From the NCBI GenBank assembly GCA_965223905.1, contig CBDCXV010000010.1, positions 362,077 to 426,076 of the forward strand: a stretch of 64,000 nucleotides of DNA, read 5' to 3'. Position 1 is the first letter of the stretch; every line of letters begins with the position of its first letter. Both the position numbers and the translations under genes were made by a program. Shown in pieces: positions 19,814-30,186 of the stretch. The DNA comes from Candidatus Latescibacterota bacterium. Its GTDB lineage: Bacteria > Latescibacterota > UBA2968 > UBA8231. Under the pieces are notes generated by a model. The model saw nothing but the letters and a program-made list of their open reading frames with translations, was not told the DNA's origin and searched no databases.

Positions 19814-20420
19814 ATGGGACTTGTGTACATCGAGTACATCAGCCGTCTGCCGGGCATCGATCTGGAGACGTTTCGCGCGCAGGCTGCACAAGGCCAGGAG
19901 GGATGGGACAGCGGGTATGAGGACGAGTTGGTTCTGTCCGTCGGTCGCACGTGGCGATTGGGTCCCGACCCGGGCTACATGACGGTCTGGCACGCGCGGA
20001 ACGCCAGCCTTGACCGGATCGACGCGTGGGACCGGATCTTTCGCAGCGGCGAGGCGGACGACCTGGAACAGCCGTTCTTTCAGGTCGCGCGGATCGACGT
20101 GGCCGGCTGCTACGATCCGCTGCTCGAACCGGTCCCGGCCCGCAACGGTACCTACTACGCCGAGTTTTTCGCTGCCCGCGACACCGCGGATACCATCAGG
20201 GGCTTCTACGAGAGCCGGGCAAAACAGCATCCTGAGTTCACCCTCAATCTCCTCGTCCAGAGAATCGGGAAGCTGGCTCCCGAACCCGGCGGCCTAGCCG
20301 TCTGGACCATCCCCCTTCGCAGCGCTGGATTCCGTGGCAACCGAGCTGGACGGAGCCAACGCCCCGATCAGGCTTTCCGCCGCAGGGACCTATGCCGACT
20401 TCGGCAGGGAGATCCTGTGA
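19814..20420 (+). CDS. hypothetical protein, apparent frameshift near 20310 (C5 run)
   Basis: After ...GGLAVWTIP the annotated frame becomes R/G-rich junk. The adjacent frame reads a natural FAALDSVATELDGANAPIRLSAAGTYADFGREIL-stop. Confidence 0.5.
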
Positions 20421-20508
20421 GAGGCGGGCGGTGGCAAACCTTCGGATAAGTTCCGCGGTATCGTCACGAGCGAAGAATTTGTCTGGCTACTTCCACGCAA
20501 CCTTCCTG

Positions 20509-20830
20509 CCGGGGCGGGGGAACCAGAGCCGCCCGCTTCTCCAGCAGTTCCATCGGAGACAGCAGGAGAGGGCGGGTCCCATCCGACCACGGCGTTTTGA
20601 GCGCGAAGGAAAAATGGTCGGCATCGAGAATGCGCAGACGCCCCCCCGCCAGGGCCGGCCGGGCCACGTAGCGGCACAAGCGTTCGAGCCCCCGTCGAGC
20701 ATGAGCAGTGCATGTGGGGATTGAGGTTCAGGGAGGAGCCGAACCGCTGGACGAAGGTCACCGAGCCCCAGCGCGCGCGGTCATGGCCCATGGCCTGCGC
20801 CTGACGTCGATACCAACGGCCCACCACACC
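20509..20830 (-). mobile_element. IS91-family transposase fragment containing the HUH region, with an internal deletion
   Basis: GSVTFVQRFGSSLNLNPHMH (HUH motif) is joined directly to ERLCRYVARPALAGGRLRILDADHFSFALKTPWSDGTRPLLLSPMELLEKRAALVPPPR. Confidence 0.75.
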
Positions 20831-20956
20831 TCGAGTTCATTCAGGGCGTGATCGCCCCCCTCGCCGGTAACTCCTTCCACCTGAAGAGCTGGGCCGTCCT
20901 CCTGGTTTCGGCGCTGCTGGTCTTCCTGACTTGGAAAGGGAGGGTCGAGTTGGCCC

Positions 20957-21136
20957 CCGCAGCCGATGGCCGCAGGACGCAGCGCTCGCAGCGCAGTCCG
21001 CCGCCGACGGCTCGGCAACCGGCTGGGCCGGCACGATGCGCTCGCGGGCCCGGGCCCGGGGCGCCAGGACCCCGTGGTAGCGCAGGAGATGAAACCGGGG
21101 CGGGGGGACCAGAGCCGCCCGCTTCTCCAGCAGTTC
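20957..21136 (-). mobile_element. IS91-family transposase fragment (C-terminal segment only)
   Basis: Encodes LLEKRAALVPPPRFHLLRYHGVLAPRARARERIVPAQPVAEPSAA...CGHRL. Nucleotide homology to copy 1 runs from CCGCAGCCGATGG to CAGCAGTTC. Confidence 0.75.
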
Positions 21137-21419
21137 GCGGCGGCTGGCGGGGAGCGGCGCGATGATTGCGGGCGGGCTACGCCGCGCAGAAGAAAGTGTA
21201 TTTGAAGCAGACCGAGGCGGCGGGCCTGGAGCGCATGCACGGGCTGCGCCACGGCTACTCTCTCGATGCGCTAACGGGAACCTGACGCATGGAAGGCGCC
21301 AGTGCGGAGAGTCCCCCGACACCCGCGGCGGCCGGAACGGCCGAACGAAGACGGCCCCGAATGGGTCGAGGCCCAAGGCCAGGGCCAGCGGGTCGGACCC
21401 GTGCTCGAACCTCGGTAAT

Positions 21420-21435
21420 GTGTATATTTATACAC
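21420..21435. promoter_or_regulatory. perfect palindrome GTGTATA-TT-TATACAC immediately upstream of hicA; candidate HicB operator/promoter
   Basis: AT-rich inverted repeat 9 nt upstream of the hicA ATG, overlapping the Shine-Dalgarno region. HicB here carries a C-terminal RHH DNA-binding domain. Confidence 0.5.
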
Positions 21436-21443
21436 AATAAGGA

Positions 21444-21641
21444 ATGGTTGTGGAACGCAACAGCGGCAGGCTCATCCGGATGCTCCAACAGGACGGCTGG
21501 GTGCATGTCGCCACCAAGGGCAGCCACTGGCAGTTCACGCATCCCGCCAAGCCGGGGCGCGTCACCGTGCCGCACCCGAACAAGGACATCCCGCGCGGAA
21601 CGGTGGCGTCGATCTACCGGCAGGCAGGCTGGAAGGCGTAA
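21444..21641 (+). CDS. hicA: HicA family mRNA-interferase toxin
   Basis: LIRMLQQDGWVHVATKGSHWQFTHPAKPGRVTVPHPNKDIPRGTVASIYRQAGW is a full-length HicA signature. Confidence 0.9.
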   Translation: MVVERNSGRLIRMLQQDGWVHVATKGSHWQFTHPAKPGRVTVPHPNKDIPRGTVASIYRQAGWKA

Positions 21642-21653
21642 GGAGGACGACTG

Positions 21654-22055
21654 ATGCGCTACGTATCCTTCATCCACCGGGACGACGCCGGCTACGGGGT
21701 CAGCTTCCCGGACTTCCCGGGTTGCGTCTCGGTCGGCGACACGGTTGACGACGCCGTCAGGCAAGGCGGCGAAGCCCTCGCGTTCCACGTTGAGGGGCTC
21801 CGCGACGACGGCGAGCCGATTCCCGCGCCCCGCTCGATCGACGCCATCAAGGCCGACCCGGACCTCGCCGAGTGGCGGCGCGGCGCCGACTTCGTGCTGA
21901 TCCCGCTCCTCCTGGACCGCGGATCCTCGCGGCGGGTCAATATCTCCCTTGACCGCGGCCTGCTCGACGCCATCGACGACGAGGCCAGGCAGCGCCGCAT
22001 GACCCGGTCGGCCTTCCTGGCGACGGCCGCCCGGCACGAGATCGAGGGCACGTGA
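21654..22055 (+). CDS. hicB: HicB family antitoxin with C-terminal ribbon-helix-helix domain
   Basis: YGVSFPDFPGCVSVGDTVDDAVRQGGEALAFHVEGLRDDGEPIP (HicB fold), followed by RVNISLDRGLLDAIDDEARQRRMTRSAFL (RHH). Confidence 0.9.
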   Translation: MRYVSFIHRDDAGYGVSFPDFPGCVSVGDTVDDAVRQGGEALAFHVEGLRDDGEPIPAPRSIDAIKADPDLAEWRRGADFVLIPLLLDRGSSRRVNISLDRGLLDAIDDEARQRRMTRSAFLATAARHEIEGT

Positions 22056-22491
22056 CCGGAGGCGACGGAGAAGGCACGAACGCAGACCAAGAGCGGGACC
22101 CGGGACGGGTGTTCGGGTGAGCCGGTGAAGGACCCGTACTGGTGATGGTTGTGCGCCCAGAGGAAACTGAGGCGAGATACGGCGTGCCGGTTCTCGAGAG
22201 AGAACGGTCCTGGCGCGAAGAACGATGAAGGAGGCGTGGCATCTGTACGAGGCGGTGATCGGCAACACCCGCCTGTGGTTCAAGCTACAGGCTTCGTGTT
22301 CTTCTAGGACGCCGGCGGCGTTCTTCGAGTACCGGTTCACGGGGGCCGAGTACACTCCGGTGAATGGAGACCGTCCGGTGACCCCTTTCAGGTTGTCGGA
22401 ACGTTGCCAGCACATTGCCAACCGGTCGGCAATTGTCGACCAGCTCCCCCATCAAGACGCGAAACGTTAGGTACGAGAATTACATCCGCGA

Positions 22492-23777
22492 GATGGAGGA
22501 GCGGATCGCCGAGCGCGACGAGCAGGTGCGGGAGGAGAGACGCCGGAGAGCGCAACGACCCGCGACTGGGGGCTCGATTCCGGCGGGGTCCAACGGACCG
22601 CGGGCTAGGCAGCCGGACCCAGCCAAGACGCTGGCCCGAGCGCTCCGTCGGGTCAACGGGCTGATCGGCCAGGGCTTCTACTGCTCGATCCACGGTCGTC
22701 ACCACCGCTACGGCGAGCAGGCCAAGCGGAAGACCGTGGCGAGCCTTACCGAGACGATGGCGCAGATCTCGAGTTGGTGGCCGGCGGATCGCGAGTTGGC
22801 GATGTCGCGGATGGACGACATCGCGGCACACTGGTTGCAGGTGAATCAGTCACAAGAGTGCGCGCAGCGGTCGGTGTGGGGCGATGGGGACATCCCTGAC
22901 GTCCTTTACAAGTACATCCCCAGGGAACGGATAGGCGGACGGGGCGCCGGATACCCTGCGTGCGACACAGCTGCTGGCCCTGAACGACGACATGGAATGC
23001 AACGTCGTCGCGATGAAGGGCGGCGAGGAAGCCGCCCTCGAGTTCCTGCGGTCGGTGCAATCCAAGGTGAAGGAGCATCTGGGCGTCGACGTGCCGTGGG
23101 AGGACCTCCTGGTGCGGTGGCAGTTGTACGCCGATGTCAGGCTATCCACATACGTGCAGGAGTACTTGAACACCCGGTTGGGCGTTGTCTCGTTCAGCAC
23201 CGACATACTGGTCCCGACGATGTGGGCGCACTACGCCCGGAACACGGGGATAGTGGTGGGTTACGACAGGGACGCGTTGAAGGCACTCGGGTTCGAGTTG
23301 AGGCCCGTGCTCTATTCGGAAATAGCCCCCGTCTGGGAACCGAGGGAAGGGGAGGACATCCGGCTCGATTTCGTCAACCGCGAGGACGTGGAACGGGAGC
23401 TGCGGTCGGGCCGGGATCGGGAAGGCTGGCCCATCCTCACGCGCACACAGCTCGCCACGTTCGGGGGGTATTGGAAGCTGCTGTCCCGACTACTGTTCGT
23501 GAAAGGCATGAGCTGGGCGTACGAGAAGGAAGTCAGGTTGCTGGTGGACCTCGAGCAGGCGCGCGACACCGGCAAGGTCCGCGATGGCTGGCCCGTCAAG
23601 GTGATCCAACCTCCGCGGGAGGCGATAAGGGAAGTCTACGGCAGTACCAACACAAGGGAGGAGGACCTCGAACAGGCCGTTCAGGTGGCCCGCGGCGAAC
23701 GCAAGGATGGGCTATTCGTCGGGCATGTGTCGGGCCACGCTTTTCGCATGCAGAAAACCGGCGGGACTCGCTATTGA
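22492..23777 (+). CDS. DUF2971-family protein, apparent frameshift near 22940
   Basis: The N-terminal frame ends ...DIPDVLYKYIPRERIGG. The next frame continues ...LRATQLLALNDDMECNV...LGVVSFSTDILVPTMWAHYA. Together these form the DUF2971 hallmark (YKY..., ...NDxxE). Confidence 0.55.
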
Positions 23778-24098
23778 GTGGTGTGTCACGTTGGATTATC
23801 TGAACGGGCTTGGTGGCGAGGCAGGTCTGATCCGTACCCATTCACGGGGGCCGGAGAGTGGGAGTCGATGCGCGACGCTCACGTTGTGGGAGGCATTTCG
23901 GGTTCGCGGCGACGGTACCCGCGTGGGCGGACAGGTGTGGCCGGCATGGTGCCGGTCCAACAGCAATGGGCGGACCACCCGTGCTCACGTCCCTTGTATT
24001 CCGGGACTTGCTCTATGACTGGGGGGGGGTCAGCGCACGGGAGTGTGAAGATTTTCACCCGCCTCAGGTACGCCCCGCCACGGCTGGGCGCCGCATCC

Positions 24099-25148
24099 TT
24101 ACCCTTTGCGTCCCGTAATGAAGAGGCTGGATGACCGCTCCTCCCCCGGATGCGGGGGAGGCAGGGATTCGTCCCTTATCCGCCGCCAGATCCAGCCGAG
24201 GGTCATGACGTCGGGGCCGCCCCCGACGCGGCGGTTCGGCACAGCCTTGACCCGGCCGTCCCGCAGCTCCCCGACCACGAAGCGGAACACGTACGCCGGC
24301 TCGAACCCCATGCGCAGGTCGGCCATCTGGATTTCGCTGCCGATCAGGCGCACCCCGTAGAATCCCTTGGTGACTCGCTTCAGGTCGGCTACCGGCTCCT
24401 CCTCGGCCATGGCCTCGAGCAGTCTCCGGTCGTCCGGGTAGCGGGTGAAGCGGACGCGCTCCGAATCGTCGAGGAGGGAGTAGTAGCCGATGCGATAGCC
24501 GTCGCTGTCCATCGCCACGACGCGCCAGAGCAGGATGTTGAAGGGAGTGGCCCCGGAGGTGAAGGCCCCCGCTTCGGGATCCCCACGCAGGGTTTCGCGC
24601 ACGGCCCCGTCGACGTGAAGCTTGGCGGCAATGCTGAGGAGGAGGTAGCCGGAGCTGAGCAACAGACCCATGCGGTTCCAGCGCGCCCCTCTCTCTCCTC
24701 CCGACGCAATCGCCGCGATCACACCGGCGAGCAGCGGCAGGCTGTAGAGGGGATCGAGGATGAACAGGGTCGACCAGGCGGTCGGCGCCACCGGCAGCGG
24801 CCAGAGCAGCTGCGTGCTGTACGCGGTGAAACCGTCGAGCAGGGCGTGCGTCGCCAGGCAGAGGAAGGCCAGCAGCCAGCGGCGGAGGCGGAAGGGCAGG
24901 ATCGCCGACTGCACCCGCCCCATTACCCAGGCGATGGCCGGGGTCGCCGCGGCGTGCAGGAGCAGCGAGTGAGTGGGGCCGCGATGGTGGGTGAAATCGG
25001 CGACGTCGTCCCCGAGGGGCACGAACACGTCGAGGTCCGGGATCGTGCCGAGAACGGCGCCCCATACCAGGGCCTTGCGGCCCGCCTGCCGCCCCAGAAC
25101 CCCGTACCCGACCGCGGCGCCGAGGGCCGCCTGGGTCAGCGAATCCAC
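24099..25148 (-). CDS. membrane-bound metal-dependent hydrolase (YdjM/DUF457-like)
   Basis: MDSLTQAALGAAVG...GTIPDLDVF...HRGPTHSLL is the typical family N-terminus, and TM helices are present. Confidence 0.75.
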   Translation of the reverse strand: MDSLTQAALGAAVGYGVLGRQAGRKALVWGAVLGTIPDLDVFVPLGDDVADFTHHRGPTHSLLLHAAATPAIAWVMGRVQSAILPFRLRRWLLAFLCLATHALLDGFTAYSTQLLWPLPVAPTAWSTLFILDPLYSLPLLAGVIAAIASGGERGARWNRMGLLLSSGYLLLSIAAKLHVDGAVRETLRGDPEAGAFTSGATPFNILLWRVVAMDSDGYRIGYYSLLDDSERVRFTRYPDDRRLLEAMAEEEPVADLKRVTKGFYGVRLIGSEIQMADLRMGFEPAYVFRFVVGELRDGRVKAVPNRRVGGGPDVMTLGWIWRRIRDESLPPPHPGEERSSSLFITGRKG

Positions 25149-25163
25149 CTGGATTCTCCTGTG

Positions 25164-26273
25164 CTACGCCGAGATGTCCGGGGGACCGCTGTAGCCGATG
25201 CTCTCCCAGCCGGCCTGGTCGCCGCCGTAGAGCCGGTAGGGGTGCGGGTAGAGCTTGAGCGAGCGGTCCTCGAGAGGCAGCTCGATGCGCTCCCCCCCGC
25301 GGGCCGCCGAGTGGGTCAGGGCGATGGCTATTTCGAAGGCGCGCAGGTAGTCGGCGCCGCTGCAGGGAAACTCGCTGCTCCCCGCATCGCAGGCGGCGAC
25401 GAGCCGGTCGACGGCGTGGCGGATCATGTGCATGGCCCCGGGAGACTGCGGCGGTCCGTCGAGAAACCCGGGAAAGACCGGGCTCGCTTCGGCCCCGGTT
25501 CCCAGCACCATCACCGGCCGCGGCCGCGAGATCCAGACGCGGCCGTTCTCGCCGCTGACCGAGAGGATGCAACCGCCGCGCCCGAGCTGGGGGTCGAGCA
25601 CCTCGCAGACGGCGCCCCCGGCAAGTCCGAGCCTGCCGTACGCGGGCCGGTCGATCTCGGTGTCGCTCTCGGCCTCGGCGGCGACAAAGGTCGGCTCCGG
25701 GGGATGGGTGGCCCCTTCGACCCACTCCACCGACAGGCCGGTGACGAAGCGCATCATGGCCAGGGTGTGGCAGCCGCCGCCGGAGACCTCGGTGGGCAAC
25801 CCGCCCGGGATGGCGGCCGCTGTCACCTTTCCGAGGTGGCCCTCCCGCAGCCAGGCGACGGTCTCGGGCAGAAACGGCTCCCCCCAGTGGGCGGTGCCGC
25901 AGCCGAAAGCGGTGCCGCGCTCTCGGCAGATCCTCACGGTCTCGTCGGCGCGGGACAGCTGGTAATCGATCGGCTTCTCGCAGGACACCGCCCTGACCCC
26001 GGCCTCGGCGCAGGCGACGACGGTGTCGTGTATCCAGGCGACGGGGATGCTGGCGGTGACGATGTCGGGTACCTCGTCGGCCAGCAGCTCCTCGATGGAG
26101 TCGCAGGTGCGGGGGATTCCGTAATGCTCTGCGAACCGCTGCCGTCTCTCCCGGGCCCTGTCGACGAGGGCGACGATCTCGCACTGCGGATGCTCGGCGC
26201 AGGCCCGGGTGTAGTAGCGGCCCCAGGTGCCGGCGCCGCCGACCACGGCGACGCGGTACTTCTTCGCTTCCAT
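25164..26273 (-). CDS. Gfo/Idh/MocA family oxidoreductase
   Basis: YRVAVVGGAGTWGRYY...AVSCEKPI. Confidence 0.8.
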   Translation of the reverse strand: MEAKKYRVAVVGGAGTWGRYYTRACAEHPQCEIVALVDRARERRQRFAEHYGIPRTCDSIEELLADEVPDIVTASIPVAWIHDTVVACAEAGVRAVSCEKPIDYQLSRADETVRICRERGTAFGCGTAHWGEPFLPETVAWLREGHLGKVTAAAIPGGLPTEVSGGGCHTLAMMRFVTGLSVEWVEGATHPPEPTFVAAEAESDTEIDRPAYGRLGLAGGAVCEVLDPQLGRGGCILSVSGENGRVWISRPRPVMVLGTGAEASPVFPGFLDGPPQSPGAMHMIRHAVDRLVAACDAGSSEFPCSGADYLRAFEIAIALTHSAARGGERIELPLEDRSLKLYPHPYRLYGGDQAGWESIGYSGPPDISA

Positions 26274-26438
26274 GCCGCTTCTTCCCGTCTCAGGTCGAAC
26301 TGCTTATCCTCGCGGCTGCATTGTACGGCACGGCTCGCTGCGATCAACCCCGGTGTGGCGGTGCCGGAAAACCCGGCGGCCACCGCCTCCGAGCCTGCCG
26401 GCCGCCCGTTGCCTTTGCATGGCCAGGAGACCGAAAGC

Positions 26439-27520
26439 ATGAGAGCTGTCAGGGTGGGATTCATCGGCATCGGCCACATCGCCTCGCGGGCCCACCTTCC
26501 GGCGCTCGCGCCGCTGGTCGAGAGCGGGGAGGTCGTTCTGCAGGCGTTCTGCGACATCGACCCCGAGGCCCTGCAGAAACGCGCCGCAGAGTACGGCCCC
26601 GCGGCGACCTACGGAGACTACCGGCATATGCTCGACCGCGAGGAGCTCGACGCTGTCTACGTCTGCCCGGCCCCTACCCGGCACACCGGCGAGGTGAGGG
26701 AGGCCGCCGAAAGGGGGATTCACCTGTTCGTCGAGAAACCGGTCAGCTTCGACGCCGCCGAGGCGGTGGAGACCGCCGCGGTCATCGCGCGCGCCGGCAT
26801 CGTCAGCCAGGTCGGCTTCCAGTTCCGCTACCACCCCTCGTCGGAGGCGGCCCGGCAGCTCCTGCGGCAGCGAACCTCCCGGCACGCCTCGATCCAGATG
26901 TTCTACTCCGGAAAGCCGCTGCGCTGGTGGACGAGCCGCTACGAGGAGTGCGGCGGCTCTTTCGTCGAGAACACCATCCACATGGTCGACCTGCTGCGCT
27001 ACCTGCTCGGCGACATCACCGACGTCTCCGCCTTCTACCAGTGGCGCCGGCCCGGCGAGGGTCCCGAGCCGATGAACCTGCCGCACGTGTACACCGCCAA
27101 CTTCCGCTTCGCTTCCGGCCTGCTCGCCAACGCCTCGACGGCGAGGTGCTGTACGACGGCGACTCCGGCCCCGGCCGCCGCGCCCTGACAGTCGTCGGCG
27201 ACGACTCGATCGTCGAGTGGAGCAGCGACAGGGTGGTCGAGAACGGAACCGCGGTCTTCGAGGACGAGGAGGCGGCCAGGGGCGGCCGGAACTGCCAGGC
27301 GCTGCAGGCGCGCGCCTTCATCGCCGCGGTCAGGGCCGAAGACCCGACGGCGACGCGGTCGCCCTACCCGGCCAGCGTCAACAGCCTCGCCGCGGTGCTG
27401 GGGGCGAACTGCTCGGCCGAGCGGGACGGAGAGAGGTTGAGCCTCGACGACGTCGCCGCCGGCAGGGTCTCATGGAACCGGCGCGCCGCCGCGGGTCAGG
27501 GGATACCGCCCCTGGAATGA
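26439..27520 (+). CDS. Gfo/Idh/MocA family oxidoreductase, apparent frameshift near 27135
   Basis: MRAVRVGFIGIGHIASRAHLPAL...LFVEKPVSF occupies one frame. The C-terminal domain (GEVLYDGDSGPGRRALTVVGDDSIVEW...) continues in another. Confidence 0.7.
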
Positions 27521-27619
27521 TCCGGCCCCGGCGCATGGCACTCGTTGTTTTTCCACCGCTGAACGCCGTATTGTTTCGATCGCGTCACGCCCCCAGACCT
27601 TGAGCAAAAAGGAGCACCC

Positions 27620-28495
27620 ATGCTGACACAGGAACAGGTCGAAGCCTACCACGCCCGGGGCTACATCAGCGTGGAAGGGGTTTTCCCGGACACGGAGATC
27701 GAGGAGCTCAGGCGGGTAACCGAGGAATTCGTCGAGCGCTCCCGGCAGGTTACGGAGAACGACGAGGACTTCGACCTCGAGCCCGGGCACAGCGCCGCGT
27801 CCCCGCGCCTGCGGCGGCTCAAGCATCCCGAGGAGCTGCACCCGGCGTACGACCGCATCTTCCGCGACAGCCGCATTCTCGACAAGGTCGCGCAGCTGAT
27901 CGGCCCGGACATCCGTCACTTCAGCGGCAAGCTCAACATGAAGTCGGCCGGGTTCGGCAGCCCGGTCGAGTGGCACCAGGACTACGCCTTCTGCGCGCGC
28001 ACCAACGAGGACATCCTGGCCGTGGGAGTGGCCATCGACGACATGAGCCTGGAGAACGGCTGCCTGCTGGTCGTCCCCGGATCGCACCGGGGGCCGATCT
28101 ACAACCACTACCAGGAGGAGTTCTTCGTCGGGGCCGTCACCGATCGCGACTTCGGCGCGGAAAACGCGGTTCCGGTCGAGGTGAAGGCGGGCGGGATCAC
28201 CATCCACCACGGCACCATGCTGCACGCCTCGGCACCCAACACCTCCCAGACCCGGCCGCGCCGTCTCTACCTGCTGCAGTACTGCGCCGCCGATGCCTGG
28301 CCCATCAAGAACCCGCCTGAGGACATGGCCGCGTTCGACGCCTGCATCATCAGGGGGAAGCCGGTCGCCAAGCCGCGGCGCACCGACGTTCCCGCGGTTC
28401 CCGCGCCGGCTGTCATCCGCCCGGGACGCAGCGGCTCCATCTACGAGAGCCAGACCCAGCTGAACCGCCCGATGGTGGTCGCCGGGGACCGCTGA
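27620..28495 (+). CDS. phytanoyl-CoA dioxygenase (PhyH) family Fe(II)/2OG oxygenase
   Basis: LTQEQVEAYHARGYISVEGVF...VEWHQDYAF...NGCLLVVPGSHRGP...IHHGTMLHAS. Confidence 0.85.
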   Translation: MLTQEQVEAYHARGYISVEGVFPDTEIEELRRVTEEFVERSRQVTENDEDFDLEPGHSAASPRLRRLKHPEELHPAYDRIFRDSRILDKVAQLIGPDIRHFSGKLNMKSAGFGSPVEWHQDYAFCARTNEDILAVGVAIDDMSLENGCLLVVPGSHRGPIYNHYQEEFFVGAVTDRDFGAENAVPVEVKAGGITIHHGTMLHASAPNTSQTRPRRLYLLQYCAADAWPIKNPPEDMAAFDACIIRGKPVAKPRRTDVPAVPAPAVIRPGRSGSIYESQTQLNRPMVVAGDR

Positions 28496-28880
28496 CAGCG
28501 GGGGATCCAGGACCAGAGCTGCGCGCAGTTCCGAGTGAATTCCGTCGACTCCGCAGAACCAACAACGAAAAAGAGAAGAAAAAACACTCAATCAAATCGT
28601 TGAACCCCCGGGTGCACCCGGGGATGTTGACAGGCGCTTCCCAAGGAGGCTATCCTTTCTCAAAATTGCGCTCTTTTGCACGGGAGAACGGGCGCTCTTT
28701 TACTTGCGCGTCTCCAACCTATAAGCTGTCCGGGAGATCCCGGCAGCGTGTCGCCTAAAATCGCATTACAAGACGATGCGCCAATCGAGGAGATATCCGA
28801 CGGTATTGGGATATCCTGAACCTGCCTGAACGGACAAAGGGGAGTTGAACGGATCACAGAAAAGTTGGAGGAATGGCATC

Positions 28881-29921
28881 ATGAAAATATTGAAAGCACT
28901 TGTACTAGCCCTGATGGCACTTCTTATACTTACACGATCGGAAGGCTTTGCCAGCGCGGAGTGGATTGAAGTTGACGCATCTGGCAACATACCGGAGGGA
29001 AGTATAGTGGTAGGGTGTGATGACGGATCGAGCAGGGACATGTGCGCGACCCCTGTGTACGTGTGTCGTGGTATGATTGAGGGCACATCATTCACAGGAA
29101 AAACAGGGCAAGGATGGGGATTCTGTAATATTGAACGGGACGGCCAGGAGCACCAAGTCACTCCACATTTCGTTTTGCATGGCAGGGTGAATGGTTATGC
29201 GCAGGCAGAAGCAGGCGGGACTATCACTGCAGACAAGCAAGGTTTGTTCACTCAGGAACAACTGGAGGCGGCCGTCGCTGCGGGCAAGCAAGGCTTGTTC
29301 ACTCAGGAACAACTGGAGGCGGCCGTCGCTGCGGGTAAGCAAGGCTTGGGTACTCATGCCCTACTTCACGAGACGCGTGCAGAGCGTCCTCCAGGTGGGC
29401 AATTTTGTAGTAGAAATTGCCGCGAAGCCGGTAGATTACTGTGCCCCCAACCCCATCTATCTGACATCTGTCACGGGGTTTCGGCAATTATTATGTATTC
29501 TCGTCAGGGCTCTGAGAACGCAGAGGATATTGTGCAGGCCTGGAGCTTAAAGGAGCCCTCCAAGCGCCGTAGATTGGAATCGACCTGTAAAGATGCAGGC
29601 GTGCCGTTACCGGAGAGCGGGGCTACCACTGCAGGCAAGCAAGGTTTGGGTACTCATGCACTACTTCACGAGACGCGTGCCGAGCGTCCTCCAGGGCAAT
29701 TTTGTAGTAGAAATTGCCGGGAAGCCGGCAGATTACAGTGCCCCCAACACCATCTATCTGACATCTGTCACGGGGTTTCGGCTATTATTACGTATTCTCG
29801 TCAGGGCTCTGAGAACGCAGAGGATATTGTGCAGGCCTGGAGCTTAAAGGAGCCCTCCAAGCGCCGTAGATTGGAATCGACCTGTAAAGACGCAGGTGTG
29901 CCGTTACCGGAGATCCGCTGA
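28881..29921 (+). CDS. secreted DM9/DUF3421-like domain protein with novel Cys/His-rich tandem repeats
   Basis: GGAGG lies 8 nt upstream of the ATG. Signal peptide MKILKALVLALMALLILTRSEGFASA. DM9-like block WIEVDASGNIPEGSIVVGCDD...PVYVCRG...GKTGQGWGFCNI. Repeats: two copies of a 17-aa unit (KQGLFTQEQLEAAVAAG) and two copies of a roughly 95-aa unit. Confidence 0.75.
   Translation: MKILKALVLALMALLILTRSEGFASAEWIEVDASGNIPEGSIVVGCDDGSSRDMCATPVYVCRGMIEGTSFTGKTGQGWGFCNIERDGQEHQVTPHFVLHGRVNGYAQAEAGGTITADKQGLFTQEQLEAAVAAGKQGLFTQEQLEAAVAAGKQGLGTHALLHETRAERPPGGQFCSRNCREAGRLLCPQPHLSDICHGVSAIIMYSRQGSENAEDIVQAWSLKEPSKRRRLESTCKDAGVPLPESGATTAGKQGLGTHALLHETRAERPPGQFCSRNCREAGRLQCPQHHLSDICHGVSAIITYSRQGSENAEDIVQAWSLKEPSKRRRLESTCKDAGVPLPEIR
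29235..29912 (+). repeat. in-gene tandem repeats: 51 bp x2 (29235-29336), then 285/282 bp x2 (29331-29615 and 29631-29912)
   Basis: Hand alignment of the two long units gives 13 substitutions plus one 3-bp indel. Ten substitutions are synonymous third-position changes in the annotated frame. Confidence 0.9.
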
Positions 29922-30186
29922 CAATTAAAGTGACACCCAGCACGTAGAAGGGCGCACGCGTTGTGGCGAAGCGGTGTTCCTCCGGTTCTTGACCTTGGCC
30001 CGTTATATACGGCCCAGTCCATCCAGCCTGGCCCTTTGCCATCGGCATCATCGCTGGGCTTACCCCCAAAGCCGCATGCTGGGGGCTTCTTGCTCGTACC
30101 GGCGGAATTCAGTGCCTCCAAATTCCGTTCATGAAAAATACGGCGCGCCTCACCGCCCCTTCAGCGCGACATGGCTCTTTCCGCGG

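Noticed and set aside
24064-27188. Very long ORFs (706 aa on the minus strand, 1012 aa on the plus strand). Similar giants occur at 44072-45598, 45307-47223, 47682-49493, 50006-51520 (its 5' part) and 55860-57017.
   Set aside because: They lie antisense to, or out of frame with, genes that have clear family motifs. Their composition is extreme R/P/G/A. These are typical shadow ORFs of high-GC DNA.
28603-28622. Perfect palindrome CCCCGGGTGCACCCGGGG after the PhyH gene, considered as an intrinsic terminator.
   Set aside because: It lies about 110 nt after the stop and has no downstream T-run on either strand, so it was left unannotated.
29331-29912. Tandem 285-bp units with several neat stems, initially suspected to be a repeated structured ncRNA.
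   Set aside because: Ten of 13 substitutions between the units are synonymous third-position changes in the long ORF frame, and the only indel is 3 bp. The region is therefore protein-coding.
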